DNA of 64,000 bases from assembly GCF_000006765.1 (NCBI RefSeq), contig NC_002516.2. One strand, written 5' to 3'. The position numbers and the translations under genes are program-made. Source of the DNA: Pseudomonas aeruginosa PAO1 (GTDB taxonomy: Bacteria > Pseudomonadota > Gammaproteobacteria > Pseudomonadales > Pseudomonadaceae). This document shows positions 9,561 to 21,283 of this stretch, piece after piece. Numbering within the stretch: position 1 is the stretch's first letter; the number at the start of each line of letters is the position of its first letter. The notes under the pieces were generated by a model. That model worked only from the letters and a program-made list of their open reading frames with translations, was not told where the DNA came from and made no database searches.

Positions 9561-10124
9561 ATGACCCTGATTTCCCATGACGAGCGACTCATCAAGGCGC
9601 TGGCAGTCGCTATCGTCGACCGCCCGCGAGCGACGCTGAAGGAACTGGCCGAGGCGGCCGGCGTAAGCAAGGCCACCCTGCACCGCTTCTGCGGCACGCG
9701 GGACAACCTGGTGCAGATGCTCGAGGACCACGGAGAGACCGTACTGAACCAGATCATCCAGGCCTGCGACCTGGAGCATGCCGAGCCTCTGGAGGCGTTG
9801 CAGCGCCTGATCAAGGAACACCTCACCCACCGCGAGCTGCTGGTATTCCTGGTATTCCAGTACCGCCCGGACTTCCTCGACCCGCACGGCGAAGGCGCAC
9901 GCTGGCAGTCCTACCTGGAAGCGCTGGACGCCTTCTTCCTGCGCGGACAGCAGAAAGGCGTGTTTCGCATCGACATCACGGCGGCCGTGTTCACCGAACT
10001 GTTCATCACCCTGGTCTACGGCATGGTCGATGCGGAACGTCGCGGACGGGCGGCCAGCTCCAATTCCGCGCATACCCTGGAGCAGATGTTCCTCCATGGC
10101 GCCTCCAATCCGGCTCGCTCCTGA
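9561..10124 (+). CDS. nfxB: Repressor of mexCD-oprJ, NfxB (intact, 187 aa)
   Basis: MTLISHDERLIKALAVAIVDRPRATLKELAEAAGVSKATLHRFCG HTH; recognised sequence with no frameshift. Confidence 0.96.
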   Translation: MTLISHDERLIKALAVAIVDRPRATLKELAEAAGVSKATLHRFCGTRDNLVQMLEDHGETVLNQIIQACDLEHAEPLEALQRLIKEHLTHRELLVFLVFQYRPDFLDPHGEGARWQSYLEALDAFFLRGQQKGVFRIDITAAVFTELFITLVYGMVDAERRGRAASSNSAHTLEQMFLHGASNPARS

Positions 10125-10367
10125 CCCTCGCGCCCGCGGCGGCGCCCCTCTCGTCGCCGCATGGCACGGACCGATCCGCGTGCCGTCGACTTCGGCCGCC
10201 CGGAGGCCTGCTCGACACTCGGGAAGATCAGTCCTCACCGGCCCTGCGACAAAGTGCCTCGACAGCCGGAAAGGACCGTGACGCTCGTCGGCGATACTGG
10301 CACTTGGCCTTGCTTCCGGGCATCCTAACTGTCTACCGAATCACACCTCCCCCAGGAATTCCGGTCA

Positions 10368-13300
10368 GTGTCGACCCCCTCGCTAACCCCGTCGCCGCCT
10401 CCCGCCGGCGACCCACTGACCGTACCCGACCGACCGGCAGCCAAGGCTGGCCTGCTGTTGCTGGTCCTGTTGATGCTCGGCCTGCTGCTCTGGCAGATGA
10501 GCCAGGAGCTGCGCCAGCAGGAACGCTTCGAACACGAGCGGGCCGCGGCCCAGCTCGATCGTCTCAACGACCGCCTGTCCCTGACCCTCGAACTCAAGGC
10601 GCGCACCGCCCTCGCCCTGCTCCCGGGCGTGCCCCCCAGCGAGCGTGGCGAGATACAGGGCAGGCTGTTGCCGCGCATCAGCGATGCGCTGCCGCAGGTG
10701 CGCCAGTTGCAATGGGTGGACAGCGCCCCGCAGACGGACAGCCCGTCGCCGGAAACGACGCTGCCCGAGCAGTTGCGCCAGCACGCCGGCTCCGGTCTCT
10801 ACCACTATTGCCTCGACCCGCGCGACGGCGAATCCCTCTACCTGACCCTGCGCGAACCCGGCAGCCGCCGCGACAGTGGCTTCTGGCTGTTGCACCTGGC
10901 CAGCGACAGCCTCGCCCAGTGGAGTCCCGACCTGCCCACCGGCAACCTGCTCTGGCGCCTGGAAGACCAATACGCCGGGCGGGTGCTCTGGCATACCCCG
11001 GGGAGCACGGCGCTGCTCGACGACATGCAGACCCTCGGCGTGGAACCGCTGCGCAACAGCGACTGGCAGCTTCGCGGACTCTACGACAGCACGCGAGTGC
11101 GGCTCGGCCTGCTGCCGGGAATCGGCGGCGAGCTGGCGATCTTCCTCCTGCTGGTCGGCGTCACCGTGTACATGCTGCTGCGCCTGCACCGCGAGCAACA
11201 GGGCCTGCGCGCCATGACCCTGGCCTCGCAGCGCAGCCTGCGCCAGGCGGCCACGGCACTGGCGGCGATCGACGAGCGGGTGCTGGTGACCCGCGCCGAC
11301 GGCCGCCTCAGCTACCTCAATCCCCAGGCCGAACGCCTCTTCGGCATCAGTTCGGCCCAGGCCCGCCAGCATCACCTGCTGGGCCTGCTGCCGGACCTCG
11401 AGCCAGGCTGGCTGACGGACGCCGGTGGCGACGGCGAGACCCGTAGCGAGTTGCTGCCGCTGCGGGTACGCGGCGAGCCGCGGACGTTCACCCTCAGCCG
11501 CCATCCGCTGGCCAGCTATCCGGCGCTCGCCGACCAGGCCTGGACCCTCCGCGAGCAGATCCTCCAGGGCGGGCAGGTCTGGGTGTTGCGCGACGTCACC
11601 GAGGAACAGCACGCCCTCGGCGTCCTGGAGGAAACCCGGCGGCGCTACCAGGACATCTTCGAAGGGGTCGGCGTGGCCCTCTGCGTGCTCGACCTCTCCG
11701 CCCTGCGCCAGGCTCTTGTGGAGCAAGGCTTGGACAGCTGCGCCGCACTGCGCGCCTGGCTCGCCGGCGAACCCGGGCGGCAGCAGGCGCTGCTGGAGCG
11801 GATCCGCATCACCGAGATCAACGATGTCAGTCGCCGCCTGCTACAGATCGATTCCACCGAACAGGCCTGGCAGCGCTTGCTCGACCACGGCCCGCTACAA
11901 CCGGACAGCCTGCGCCTGCAGGTGATCGAGGCGCTCATCGAGCGCCGGCCGGTACTCGAACTTGAAGCCACGCTGCGCTGCGGCAAGAGCACGCCGCGGC
12001 ACCTGTGGTTGCAACTGCGCCTGCCGGAAAACCCCGGCGAATGGCATGCGGTGACCCTCAGCCTGTCCGACGTCACCAGTCGCAAGGAAGTCGAACTGTC
12101 GCTGATCGAGCGCGAGAAGTTCTGGTCGGACGCGGTCCAGGCGGTGCCCGATACCCTCTACATCCACGACCTGCACGCGCGCCGGGTGATCTTCAGCAAC
12201 CATCACCTGGGCCAGCAGTTGGGCTACAACCAGGAAGAACTGGCGCGGATGGGCGAGAACTTCTGGGAAACCCTGCTGCACCCCGACGACCAGGAATACT
12301 ACTGGCGCATCCGCAACCTGCAGCACGTGGTCGGCGACGGCCTGCTGCTCGACAGCCAGTTGCGCTGGCGCCACCGCGACGGCCGCTGGCACTGGTTCGA
12401 CATCCGCGAGCAGGCCTTCAGCCGCGACCGCAGCGGTCGCGTGGCGCGCCTGATCGGCGTGGCCAAGGACATCACCTTCACCGTCGAGGCGAACAACGCG
12501 CTGCGCGAGAACGGCCGACGCTACCGCATGCTGGCGGAAAACATCAGCGACGTGATCTTCTCCACCGACGCCGAACTCAACGCCAGCTACGTCAGCCCCT
12601 CGGTACAGCACGTGTTCGGCTACAGCCCGGAATGGGCGCTGCTCAACGGCCTCCATCAGACCGCCACCAACCCGCGCCAGCTCGGCCGCCTGAACGGCCT
12701 GCTGCGCCGCGTGCGGCACGCCATCGGCGACCGCCAGAAGCTCGCCGAGCTGCGGGAAAACCCTGGCCAGCATCTGTTCGCCCTCGACTGCCTGCGCGCC
12801 GACGGACGCAAGATTCCCATCGAACTGCGGATCGTCCTGATGTGGGACGAGCACGACCGCTTCGAAGGCCTGCTCGGCATCGCCCGCGACATCAGCCAGC
12901 AGCGCCGCGCCGAACGCGAGCTGCGGATGGCGGCGACGGTATTCGAACACTCCACGGCGGCGATCATGGTCACCGACCCGGCCGGCTACATCGTCCAGGT
13001 CAACGATTCCTTCTCGCGCCTGACCGGCTACAGCCCGGCCGACGTGCTCGACCAGCAGCCGCGCCTGCTCACCGCCGACCGCCAGGAAGCCAACCAGCTC
13101 AAGCACGTGCTCGCCAGCCTGCAGCACAGCGGCAGCTGGGAAGGCGAGATCCTGCAGAAGCGCAAGACCGGCGAGCTCTATCCATCCTGGGTCGGCATCA
13201 CCGCGGTGCGCGACGAGGAAGGCGACCTGGTCAGCTTCGTCTGCTTCTTCAGCGACATCAGCGAGCGCAAGGCCAGCGAGCGGCGCATCCACCGCCTGGC

Positions 13301-14615
13301 CTACTACGACGCCCTCACCCACCTGCCCAACCGCACGCTGTTCCAGGACCGTCTGCATACCGCCCTGCAGCAGGCCGAGCGCAACGGCCAGTGGGTGGTG
13401 CTGATGTTCCTCGACCTCGACCGCTTCAAGCCGATCAACGACTCCCTCGGCCACGCCGCCGGCGACCGCATGCTGCAGGAAGTGGCGACCCGCCTGAGCG
13501 CCTGCGTCAGCCAGGACGATACCGTGGCGCGCATGGGCGGCGACGAATTCACCCTGCTGCTGCCTTCCCAGGGCGACCGCGAGATCGCCCTGAAACGGGC
13601 GATCCAGGTCGCCGAGCTGATCCTCGGCCGTCTGGCCCGGCCGTTCACCCTGGAAGGCCGTGAATTCTTCGTCACCGCCAGCATCGGCGTGGCCTTGTCG
13701 CCCCAGGACGGCGCCGAACTGAGCCTGCTGATGAAGAACGCCGACACGGCGATGTACCACGCCAAGGAGATGGGCAAGAACAACTTCCAGTTCTACCAGG
13801 CCGAGATGAACGCTCGCGCCCTGGAGCGCCTGGAACTGGAAAGCGACCTGCGCCGCGCCCTTGAACTGGGCGAGTTCGTCCTCCACTACCAGCCGCAGTT
13901 CACCGGCGACGGCCGCCGCCTGACCGGCGCCGAGGCCCTGCTGCGCTGGCAGCATCCGCGCCGCGGACTGGTTCCGCCGAGCGAGTTCATTCCGGTGCTG
14001 GAGGAGATCGGCCTGGTGGCCCAGGTCGGCGACTGGCTGCTGGCGGAAGCCTGCAAGCAGTTGCGCAGCTGGCACAAGGCCAAGGTGCGGGTGCCAAAGG
14101 TCTCGGTGAACCTCTCGGCACGGCAGTTCGCCGATGGCCAGTTGGGCGAGCGGATCGCCGCGATCCTCTACGAGACAGGCATCCCGCCGGCATGCCTGGA
14201 GCTGGAACTGACCGAAAGCATCCTGATGAGTGACGTCGCCGAGGCCATGCAGATCCTCTCCGGGCTCAAGCGCCTCGGCCTGGCCATCGCGGTGGACGAC
14301 TTCGGCACCGGCTACTCCTCGCTGAACTACCTCAAGCAGTTCCCCATCGACGTGCTGAAGATCGACCGCAGCTTCGTCGACGGCCTGCCCCACGGCGAAC
14401 AGGACGCACAGATCGCCCGGGCGATCATTGCCATGGCCCACAGCCTGAACCTGATGGTGATCGCCGAGGGCGTGGAGAGCCAGGCCCAGCTGGACTTCCT
14501 TCGCGAGCACGGCTGCGACGAGGTGCAAGGCTACCTGTTCGGCCGGCCGATGCCCGCCGAGCAGTTCGGCATGCTCTACGCCAGCGACGTGCTGTTCATG
14601 TTCAACGAGGGCTGA
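10368..14615 (+). CDS. morA: Membrane-anchored multi-PAS GGDEF-EAL c-di-GMP protein MorA
   Basis: Two TM segments, several PAS/PAC domains, MGGDEF and GAEALLRW motifs, [10 protein letters not shown]; 1415 aa. Confidence 0.95.
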   Translation: MSTPSLTPSPPPAGDPLTVPDRPAAKAGLLLLVLLMLGLLLWQMSQELRQQERFEHERAAAQLDRLNDRLSLTLELKARTALALLPGVPPSERGEIQGRLLPRISDALPQVRQLQWVDSAPQTDSPSPETTLPEQLRQHAGSGLYHYCLDPRDGESLYLTLREPGSRRDSGFWLLHLASDSLAQWSPDLPTGNLLWRLEDQYAGRVLWHTPGSTALLDDMQTLGVEPLRNSDWQLRGLYDSTRVRLGLLPGIGGELAIFLLLVGVTVYMLLRLHREQQGLRAMTLASQRSLRQAATALAAIDERVLVTRADGRLSYLNPQAERLFGISSAQARQHHLLGLLPDLEPGWLTDAGGDGETRSELLPLRVRGEPRTFTLSRHPLASYPALADQAWTLREQILQGGQVWVLRDVTEEQHALGVLEETRRRYQDIFEGVGVALCVLDLSALRQALVEQGLDSCAALRAWLAGEPGRQQALLERIRITEINDVSRRLLQIDSTEQAWQRLLDHGPLQPDSLRLQVIEALIERRPVLELEATLRCGKSTPRHLWLQLRLPENPGEWHAVTLSLSDVTSRKEVELSLIEREKFWSDAVQAVPDTLYIHDLHARRVIFSNHHLGQQLGYNQEELARMGENFWETLLHPDDQEYYWRIRNLQHVVGDGLLLDSQLRWRHRDGRWHWFDIREQAFSRDRSGRVARLIGVAKDITFTVEANNALRENGRRYRMLAENISDVIFSTDAELNASYVSPSVQHVFGYSPEWALLNGLHQTATNPRQLGRLNGLLRRVRHAIGDRQKLAELRENPGQHLFALDCLRADGRKIPIELRIVLMWDEHDRFEGLLGIARDISQQRRAERELRMAATVFEHSTAAIMVTDPAGYIVQVNDSFSRLTGYSPADVLDQQPRLLTADRQEANQLKHVLASLQHSGSWEGEILQKRKTGELYPSWVGITAVRDEEGDLVSFVCFFSDISERKASERRIHRLAYYDALTHLPNRTLFQDRLHTALQQAERNGQWVVLMFLDLDRFKPINDSLGHAAGDRMLQEVATRLSACVSQDDTVARMGGDEFTLLLPSQGDREIALKRAIQVAELILGRLARPFTLEGREFFVTASIGVALSPQDGAELSLLMKNADTAMYHAKEMGKNNFQFYQAEMNARALERLELESDLRRALELGEFVLHYQPQFTGDGRRLTGAEALLRWQHPRRGLVPPSEFIPVLEEIGLVAQVGDWLLAEACKQLRSWHKAKVRVPKVSVNLSARQFADGQLGERIAAILYETGIPPACLELELTESILMSDVAEAMQILSGLKRLGLAIAVDDFGTGYSSLNYLKQFPIDVLKIDRSFVDGLPHGEQDAQIARAIIAMAHSLNLMVIAEGVESQAQLDFLREHGCDEVQGYLFGRPMPAEQFGMLYASDVLFMFNEG

Positions 14616-14737
14616 GCCGCCGTGCGGCGCGCTTGAGCGCCGCTTGTCCGCGACATGATGGCCTTTCATGTGCCAGCACCCGCCGCATGGGTTAGAATGC
14701 GCGCCTTTTCCCAGCACCGATCCTTATGAGGACCGCC

Positions 14738-15991
14738 ATGTTCAGCCGTGATTTGACCCTCGCCCGCTACGATGCCGAACTCTTTGCCGCGATGGAGCAG
14801 GAAGCCCAGCGCCAGGAAGAGCACATCGAGCTGATCGCCTCCGAGAACTACACCAGCCCGGCGGTGATGGAAGCCCAGGGTTCGGTGCTGACCAACAAGT
14901 ACGCCGAAGGTTATCCGCACAAGCGCTACTACGGCGGCTGCGAGTACGTCGATATCGTCGAGCAACTGGCCATCGACCGCGCCAAGCAACTGTTCGGCGC
15001 CGATTACGCCAACGTCCAGCCGCACGCCGGCTCCCAGGCCAACGCCGCGGTCTACCTGGCCCTGCTGTCGGCCGGCGACACCATCCTCGGCATGAGCCTG
15101 GCCCATGGCGGCCACCTGACCCACGGCGCCAGCGTCTCCTCCTCCGGCAAGCTGTACAACGCCGTGCAGTACGGCATCGACGCCAATGGCCTGATCGACT
15201 ACGACGAAGTCGAGCGCCTGGCCGTGGAGCACAAGCCGAAGATGATCGTCGCCGGCTTCTCCGCCTATTCCCAGGTCCTCGATTTCGCCCGCTTCCGCGC
15301 CATCGCCGACAAGGTCGGCGCCTACCTGTTCGTCGACATGGCCCACGTCGCCGGCCTGGTCGCCGCTGGCGTCTACCCGAACCCGGTGCCGTTCGCCGAC
15401 GTGGTCACCACCACCACCCACAAGACCCTGCGCGGTCCGCGCGGTGGCCTGATCCTGGCGCGCGCCAACGAGGAGATCGAGAAGAAGCTCAACTCCGCGG
15501 TATTCCCCAGCGCCCAGGGCGGTCCGCTGGAGCACGTGATCGCGGCCAAGGCGGTGTGCTTCAAGGAAGCCCTGCAGCCGGAGTTCAAGACCTACCAGCA
15601 GCAGGTCCTGAAGAACGCCCAGAGCATGGCCCAGGTCTTCCTGGACCGCGGTTTCGACGTGGTTTCCGGCGGCACCCAGAACCACCTGTTCCTGCTCTCC
15701 CTGATCAAGCAGGACATCACCGGCAAAGACGCCGACGCCGCCCTCGGCCGCGCGTTCATCACCGTGAACAAGAACTCGGTCCCGAACGACCCGCGCTCGC
15801 CGTTCGTCACCTCCGGCCTGCGCATCGGTACCCCGGCCGTGACCACCCGCGGCTTCAAGGAAGCCGAGTGCCGCGAGCTGGCCGGCTGGATCTGCGACAT
15901 CCTCGAGAACATGGGCGACGAGTCCGTGGTCGACGGCGTACGCGAGAAGGTCAAGGCGATCTGCGCCAAGTTCCCGGTCTACGGCAACTAA
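14738..15991 (+). CDS. glyA: Serine hydroxymethyltransferase
   Basis: [26 protein letters not shown] (PLP lysine); SD GAGGA before ATG 14738. Confidence 0.97.
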   Translation: MFSRDLTLARYDAELFAAMEQEAQRQEEHIELIASENYTSPAVMEAQGSVLTNKYAEGYPHKRYYGGCEYVDIVEQLAIDRAKQLFGADYANVQPHAGSQANAAVYLALLSAGDTILGMSLAHGGHLTHGASVSSSGKLYNAVQYGIDANGLIDYDEVERLAVEHKPKMIVAGFSAYSQVLDFARFRAIADKVGAYLFVDMAHVAGLVAAGVYPNPVPFADVVTTTTHKTLRGPRGGLILARANEEIEKKLNSAVFPSAQGGPLEHVIAAKAVCFKEALQPEFKTYQQQVLKNAQSMAQVFLDRGFDVVSGGTQNHLFLLSLIKQDITGKDADAALGRAFITVNKNSVPNDPRSPFVTSGLRIGTPAVTTRGFKEAECRELAGWICDILENMGDESVVDGVREKVKAICAKFPVYGN

Positions 15992-16011
15992 GCGACAAGG
16001 CAAGACGAAAG

Positions 16012-16035
16012 AGCCCGGCAAATGCCGGGCTTTTT
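16012..16035 (+). terminator. Intrinsic terminator after glyA
   Basis: AGCCCGGCA-AA-TGCCGGGCT followed by TTTT. Confidence 0.85.
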
Positions 16036-16068
16036 CATTTCCTCCGAGGGAGGAGGCGCCGGGTAGCG

Positions 16069-16443
16069 TTATCGCCGGTCCTCGACATGGATCACCGCCA
16101 AGGCCTCGGCATCCTCGCCCCGCCGGGAGCGGCCGTGCATGCCGACGAGCAGCTCGCCGGCGTCCTCCTCCAGTTCCTCGCGAGGGACGAAGGTAAGGAT
16201 GTCCGGGTGATGCCCGGTCACCACCCAGCCGCGGCCGTTGTCCAGGGTGATCACACCGAAGTCGCCCGCCGGCGTGCCGACCTGTACCGCTCCCCACTCG
16301 GCCAGCAATGCCCGCGCCTGGGCCGCGAGGTCCGGCTCCGGCTGCGTGAGGATCACGCAAGTGCCCTGGGCGAACAGCACCCAGGATTTGTCCGCGCCAC
16401 GGATGCAGTCCCGCCAGGCGCCGATCAATGCGTTCCTGTCCAT
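16069..16443 (-). CDS. Hypothetical protein (124 aa)
   Basis: SD AAAGGAG 7 nt upstream of ATG 16443; coding-like codon usage; SWVLFAQGTCV and GTPAGDF motifs; no family recognised. Confidence 0.75.
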   Translation of the reverse strand: MDRNALIGAWRDCIRGADKSWVLFAQGTCVILTQPEPDLAAQARALLAEWGAVQVGTPAGDFGVITLDNGRGWVVTGHHPDILTFVPREELEEDAGELLVGMHGRSRRGEDAEALAVIHVEDRR

Positions 16444-16471
16444 TTCCACGCTCCTTTGGCGTCGATGCGCC

Positions 16472-17476
16472 TCAGCGGCCTTCGACGATGCGTTCGAAGC
16501 CCTCGCGGATACTGTCCTCCGGCAGGTTGTCGCCGATGAACACGATCACGCTCTCGCGCGCCTCGTCGTCCCGCCACTCGCTATCCCAGTCGAAGCCGTA
16601 GAGTCGCAGCACGCCCTGGAACACCAGGCGACGCGGCTCGTCGGCGATGTTCAGCACGCCCTTGTAGCGCAGCAGGGAATTGCCATGCCACTGCAACAGG
16701 TCGTCCATGAACTCGCTCAGCCTTTCGAGATCGAGCGGCGTGTCGCTGCGCAGTACCAGGGTGCCGATGCGATCGCGGCTGTCCTTGGCTGCCACCGCTC
16801 GCAGCGGGCGCAGGCCGATGCCAGGACCGAGGTCGGCGTTGAGGTTGAAGCCACGTACGTCGAGCAGGTGCGCCAGGTCGATGCGGCCGTGCTCGACCAC
16901 ATGCACCAGCGCCCTCCGGTTGATCCGTTGCAGGCGCTGGCCCAGGGCCTCGAAGGTGGCGGCGTCGACCAGGTCGGTCTTGCTCACCAGGATGCGGTCG
17001 GCGAAGCCGACCTGGGCCTGGGCGATGGTTTCCTGCAGGTGACGCTCGGCGTTGGCGGCGTCCACCAGGGTGATGATGCCGTCCAGCACGTAGCGCTGGC
17101 AGAGTTCCTCGTCGGCGAAGAAGGTCTGCGCCACCGGCGCCGGATCGGCCAGGCCGGTGCACTCGATCACCAGGCGGTCGAAGTCGATTTCGCCGTTGTC
17201 GCGGCGCTCCAGCAGGAGGAACAGGGCCTTTTCCAGGTCGGTGTTGATCGAGCAGCAGACGCAGCCATTGGACAGCGTCATCACCTGCACCGGCTCGACG
17301 CCGAGCAACTGGCCGTCGATCGGCGTCTCGCTGTACTCGTTCTCGATCACCGCGATCTTCATGCCGTGCTCGGCCTGCAGCAGGTACTTGAGCAGGGTGG
17401 TCTTGCCGGCGCCGAGGAAGCCGGTGAGCACGGTGACGGGGATCGGGGCGTGGTTGTCGTTGGCTACTTCGGACAT
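16472..17476 (-). CDS. yjiA: G3E/COG0523 (CobW/YjiA) metal-binding GTPase
   Basis: TGFLGAGKTT Walker A, GCVCC metal motif, IECTG, SKTD, C-terminal CobW_C-like LRYKG...VFQGV. Confidence 0.92.
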   Translation of the reverse strand: MSEVANDNHAPIPVTVLTGFLGAGKTTLLKYLLQAEHGMKIAVIENEYSETPIDGQLLGVEPVQVMTLSNGCVCCSINTDLEKALFLLLERRDNGEIDFDRLVIECTGLADPAPVAQTFFADEELCQRYVLDGIITLVDAANAERHLQETIAQAQVGFADRILVSKTDLVDAATFEALGQRLQRINRRALVHVVEHGRIDLAHLLDVRGFNLNADLGPGIGLRPLRAVAAKDSRDRIGTLVLRSDTPLDLERLSEFMDDLLQWHGNSLLRYKGVLNIADEPRRLVFQGVLRLYGFDWDSEWRDDEARESVIVFIGDNLPEDSIREGFERIVEGR

Positions 17477-17535
17477 GCGCAACTTCCAGAAAAGACGCGG
17501 GCCACGTCAGACGTGGCCCGCGGAAGGATGGGGAT

Positions 17536-17739
17536 TCAGCAGCAGCGGATCGGCCGACCCTTGCCGCCACCGTAGCGCGCCTCCTGGCGCTCGCGGAAGA
17601 ACTCCTCGTAGGTCATCACCGGCTTGTCCGGGTGCTTGTTGCGCATGTGCTCGACATAGGTGTCGTAGTCGGGCATGCCGACCAGCATCCGGGCGGCCTG
17701 GCCCAGGTATTTGCCCATGCGGCTGAGGTCGTTGAACAT
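17536..17739 (-). CDS. ybdD: YbdD/YjiX (DUF466) small protein
   Basis: [16 protein letters not shown]...[13 protein letters not shown]...RCC; canonical position downstream of cstA. Confidence 0.9.
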   Translation of the reverse strand: MFNDLSRMGKYLGQAARMLVGMPDYDTYVEHMRNKHPDKPVMTYEEFFRERQEARYGGGKGRPIRCC

Positions 17740-17787
17740 GGCGAGTTCCTCGTTAAGGCTCCCCGGCGAACCGGGGAGCGCGGCCGG

Positions 17788-19854
17788 TCAGGCGTCGGGG
17801 ATGGGCTCGAACGGGGTTTCCTTGTCGGTCCGCTCGCTCTTGCCCCAGGCCGCGATGCCGACCTTGATGGCGTAGAACAGTACGCTGAACACCACCAGCA
17901 GGAACAGCACGGTCAGACCGGCGTTGATGTAGGCGTTCAGCACCACGTGCTGCATCTGGCCGATATCCTTGGCCGGCGCCAGCACCTGGCCGGCATCCAG
18001 CGCGGTGGCGTACTTCTCGCCAAGAGCGACGAAGCCGACCGCCGGGTTGCTGTCGAAGATCTTGATCAGGCCCGCGGTGGTGGTGCAGATCAGCAACCAG
18101 GCCGCCGGCAGGATGGTGACCCAGACATACTGCTGGCGCTTCATCTTGATCAGGACCACGGTGGCGAGCATCAGCGCGATGCCGGCGAGCATCTGGTTGG
18201 AAATGCCGAACAGCGGCCACAGGGTATTGATCCCGCCCAGCGGGTCGACCACGCCCTGGTACAGCAGCCAGCCCCACAGCGCCACGCAGCCGCCGGTGCC
18301 GATGATGTTGGCGGTCCACGACTCGGTCTTCTTCAGCGCCGGCACGAAGTTGCCCAGCAGGTCCTGCAGCATGAAGCGCCCGGCACGGGTGCCGGCGTCC
18401 ACCGCGGTGAGGATGAACAAGGCCTCGAAGAGGATCGCGAAGTGGTACCAGAAGGCCATGGTGTTCTCGCCCGGCAGCACCTGGTGGAGGATGTGCGCGA
18501 TCCCCACCGCCAGGGTCGGCGCGCCGCCGGCACGGGCCAGGATGGTGGTCTCGCCGATGTCCTGGGCGGTCTGGGTGAGTTGCTCCGGCGTGATGGCGAA
18601 GCCCCAGCTGCTGACGGTCGCGGCCACCGCGTTGACGTCGGCGCCGACCACCGCCGGCGGGCTGTTCATGGCGAAGTAGATGCCCGGCTCGATCACCGAG
18701 GCGGCGACCATCGCCATGATCGCCACGAAGGACTCCATCAGCATGCCGCCGTAGCCGATGTAGCGGGCGTCGGGCTCGCGGTTGAGCAGCTTCGGCGTGG
18801 TCCCCGAGGAGATCAGCGCGTGGAAGCCGGACACCGCGCCGCAGGCGATGGTGATGAACAGGAACGGGAACAGGCTGCCTTTCCAGACCGGGCCGGTGCC
18901 GTCGGTGAACTGGGTCAGGGCCGGCATCTTCAGTTCCGGCATGACGATCAGGATGCCGATCGCCAGGCCGATGATGGTGCCGATCTTGAGGAAGGTCGAC
19001 AGGTAGTCGCGCGGCGCCAGCAGCAGCCACACCGGCAGTACCGAGGCGACGGCGCCGTAGCCGATCAGCATCCAGGTGATCTGGATTCCACTGAAGGTGA
19101 AATGCGGCGCCCATTCCGGACTGGCCGCGACCTGCCCGCCGAGCCAGATCGAACCGAGCAGGAGGAACACCCCGATGATCGAGATCTCGCCGATCCGGCC
19201 GGGGCGGATGAAGCGCATGTAGACGCCCATGAACAGCGCGATGGGAATGGTCGCGAGGACGGTGAACATGCCCCAGGGGCTGTCGGCCAGAGCCTTCACC
19301 ACGATCAGCGCGAGCACCGCGAGGATGATGATCATGATCAGGAAGGCGCCGAACAGCGCGATGGTCCCGGCCACCTGGCCCATTTCCTCGCGCACCAGCT
19401 CGCCCAGCGAGCGGCCGTTGCGACGGCTGGAGATGAACAGGACCATGAAGTCCTGCACCGCGCCGGCGAGGACTACGCCGGCGATCAGCCAGAGGGTGCC
19501 GGGCAGGTAGCCCATCTGCGCGGCAAGGACCGGACCGACCAGCGGACCGGCGCCGGCGATGGCGGCGAAGTGGTGGCCGAAGAGGATGTGCTTGTTGGTC
19601 GGGACGTAGTCCAGGCCATCGTTGTTGAGTACCGCGGGAGTGGCGCGGTTGGGGTCCAGTTGCATCACCTTGCTGGCGATGAACAGGCTGTAGTAACGGT
19701 AGGCGACCAGGTAGATGGCCACCGCCGCCACCACGATCCACAAGGCGTTGATCGCTTCGCCACGACGCAGGGCGACGACGCCCAGGGCCGCGGCGCCCAC
19801 GATCGCCACCACCAGCCAGGCGAGGTGACGTAGCAGGCTATTGTTATTGTTCAT
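17788..19854 (-). CDS. cstA: CstA-family peptide/pyruvate transporter
   Basis: FGHHFAAIAGAGPLVGP, ITIACGAVSGFHAL, LWPLFGISNQML; many TM segments. Confidence 0.93.
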   Translation of the reverse strand: MNNNNSLLRHLAWLVVAIVGAAALGVVALRRGEAINALWIVVAAVAIYLVAYRYYSLFIASKVMQLDPNRATPAVLNNDGLDYVPTNKHILFGHHFAAIAGAGPLVGPVLAAQMGYLPGTLWLIAGVVLAGAVQDFMVLFISSRRNGRSLGELVREEMGQVAGTIALFGAFLIMIIILAVLALIVVKALADSPWGMFTVLATIPIALFMGVYMRFIRPGRIGEISIIGVFLLLGSIWLGGQVAASPEWAPHFTFSGIQITWMLIGYGAVASVLPVWLLLAPRDYLSTFLKIGTIIGLAIGILIVMPELKMPALTQFTDGTGPVWKGSLFPFLFITIACGAVSGFHALISSGTTPKLLNREPDARYIGYGGMLMESFVAIMAMVAASVIEPGIYFAMNSPPAVVGADVNAVAATVSSWGFAITPEQLTQTAQDIGETTILARAGGAPTLAVGIAHILHQVLPGENTMAFWYHFAILFEALFILTAVDAGTRAGRFMLQDLLGNFVPALKKTESWTANIIGTGGCVALWGWLLYQGVVDPLGGINTLWPLFGISNQMLAGIALMLATVVLIKMKRQQYVWVTILPAAWLLICTTTAGLIKIFDSNPAVGFVALGEKYATALDAGQVLAPAKDIGQMQHVVLNAYINAGLTVLFLLVVFSVLFYAIKVGIAAWGKSERTDKETPFEPIPDA

Positions 19855-20149
19855 AGTGTTTGGCTTCCGACAGATGGAGGGCGCAGTTCTGCAGCGAAAA
19901 TTCTAGCCGCGAACCGACCAGGGGTCATACGACCTTAGTCTAGAGCGGTTACCGCACGATGGCGGTAGGCGCAATGTCGCAGGAATCCGCCGGAAAAGTC
20001 CATGGCCGACAAGGGCCGGCCAGGCGAAAACACTTCGGCGCGGCCTTGCCCTCTCCGTAGGAAGCGCCTGGGAAAACGCCGTATGCCCAAGCCGCTCGTC
20101 TGCCGTGGCAACGGAGGCGGCAACCTCCGGCGGGCAGGCCGCGCACACG

Positions 20150-20171
20150 AAAAAGCCCGCCGTAGCGGGCT
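20150..20171 (-). terminator. Intrinsic terminator after the DUF3015 gene
   Basis: On the minus strand, AGCCCGC-TACG-GCGGGCT followed by TTTT. Confidence 0.8.
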
Positions 20172-20190
20172 CTTTCCTGGGCCTGAAATC

Positions 20191-20697
20191 TCAGGCCGGT
20201 TGCTTGGCGTAGCGCGCCAGGGTGCCGTCGCGACTCATCACCGCCAGGGTGTTGCTCAGGACCTGCTCGCCCGTCGCATCCTTGCTCGCGAATATCTCGC
20301 CGAAATGCTGCTGGGTGACCTGGGCGAAGTGCGCCCGGTCCTTGGCTTCCACGCCGAGCAGCACGGCATAGGCGTCGAGCGCTTCGCCCTGGCCCTTGGC
20401 CATGTCCTCGGCGATGTTGTCGAGCATCCCGTTCATGGCGAAGATCGAGCGGCCGCCGTAGCCCAGGCGAGCATTGGTGTTGCAACCGTTGGTCCCGGAG
20501 GTCATGCCGAAGGTGGCGTTGCCCGAGGTACCGTTGGTGGTGGTGGCCAGCAGGTGCGGGAACAGGCCGCGCTGGCCCTCGAACACCATGTTGCCCCAAC
20601 CACAGCCATTACCGCCTGCCGCGTCGGCGTGTGCCGTCATGCTGCCCAGGCTCAGCAGCCCCAGAACCAACCCCTTGCTCAAAAGTCGCTTGTCCAT
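20191..20697 (-). CDS. DUF3015-family secreted protein
   Basis: Signal peptide (...SMTAHA) followed by GNGCGWG and [21 protein letters not shown]; start MDKRLL at 20697. Confidence 0.85.
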
Positions 20698-20899
20698 GTC
20701 TGCGCTCCGCAGTTGTATTTTGGAGAAAAACGCTTTAGCAGCTTTGGCGAGACTTGACGAACTGTCAAACTCGGACACATGCCGCCGATCCAGCCGCACA
20801 GGCGGGGACGGACGGCACCGCCGATCGAATTCCGCCACTTCCCCGCCGGCATGGCTTGGCTATAGTGGTATCCAGCAGCGCGCACCAAGGGATCGCGAC

Positions 20900-21277
20900 A
20901 TGAGTGACCAGCACGACGAACGTCGACGTTTCCACCGGATCGCCTTCGACGCCGACAGCGAGATCCTCCAGGGCGAACGGCGCTGGGAGGTCTTGCTCCA
21001 CGACGTCTCCCTGCACGGCATCCTGGTCGGCCAGCCGCAGGACTGGAACGGCGACCCGCAACGGCCCTTCGAGGCCCGCCTGTACCTGGGCCTGGATGTA
21101 CTGATCCGCATGGAGATCAGCCTGGCCTGGGCTCGCGACGGCCTGCTCGGCTTCGAATGCCAGCACATCGACCTCGACTCCATCAGCCACCTGCGCCGCC
21201 TGGTGGAACTGAACCTGGGCGACGAGGAACTCCTCGAGCGCGAGCTGGCCCTGCTGGTCAGCGCCCACGACGACTGA
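20900..21277 (+). CDS. mapZ: Single-domain PilZ c-di-GMP adaptor MapZ
   Basis: PilZ motifs RRRFHR (RxxxR) and DVSLHG (DxSxxG); 125 aa. Confidence 0.9.
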
Positions 21278-21283
21278 GGCGGG

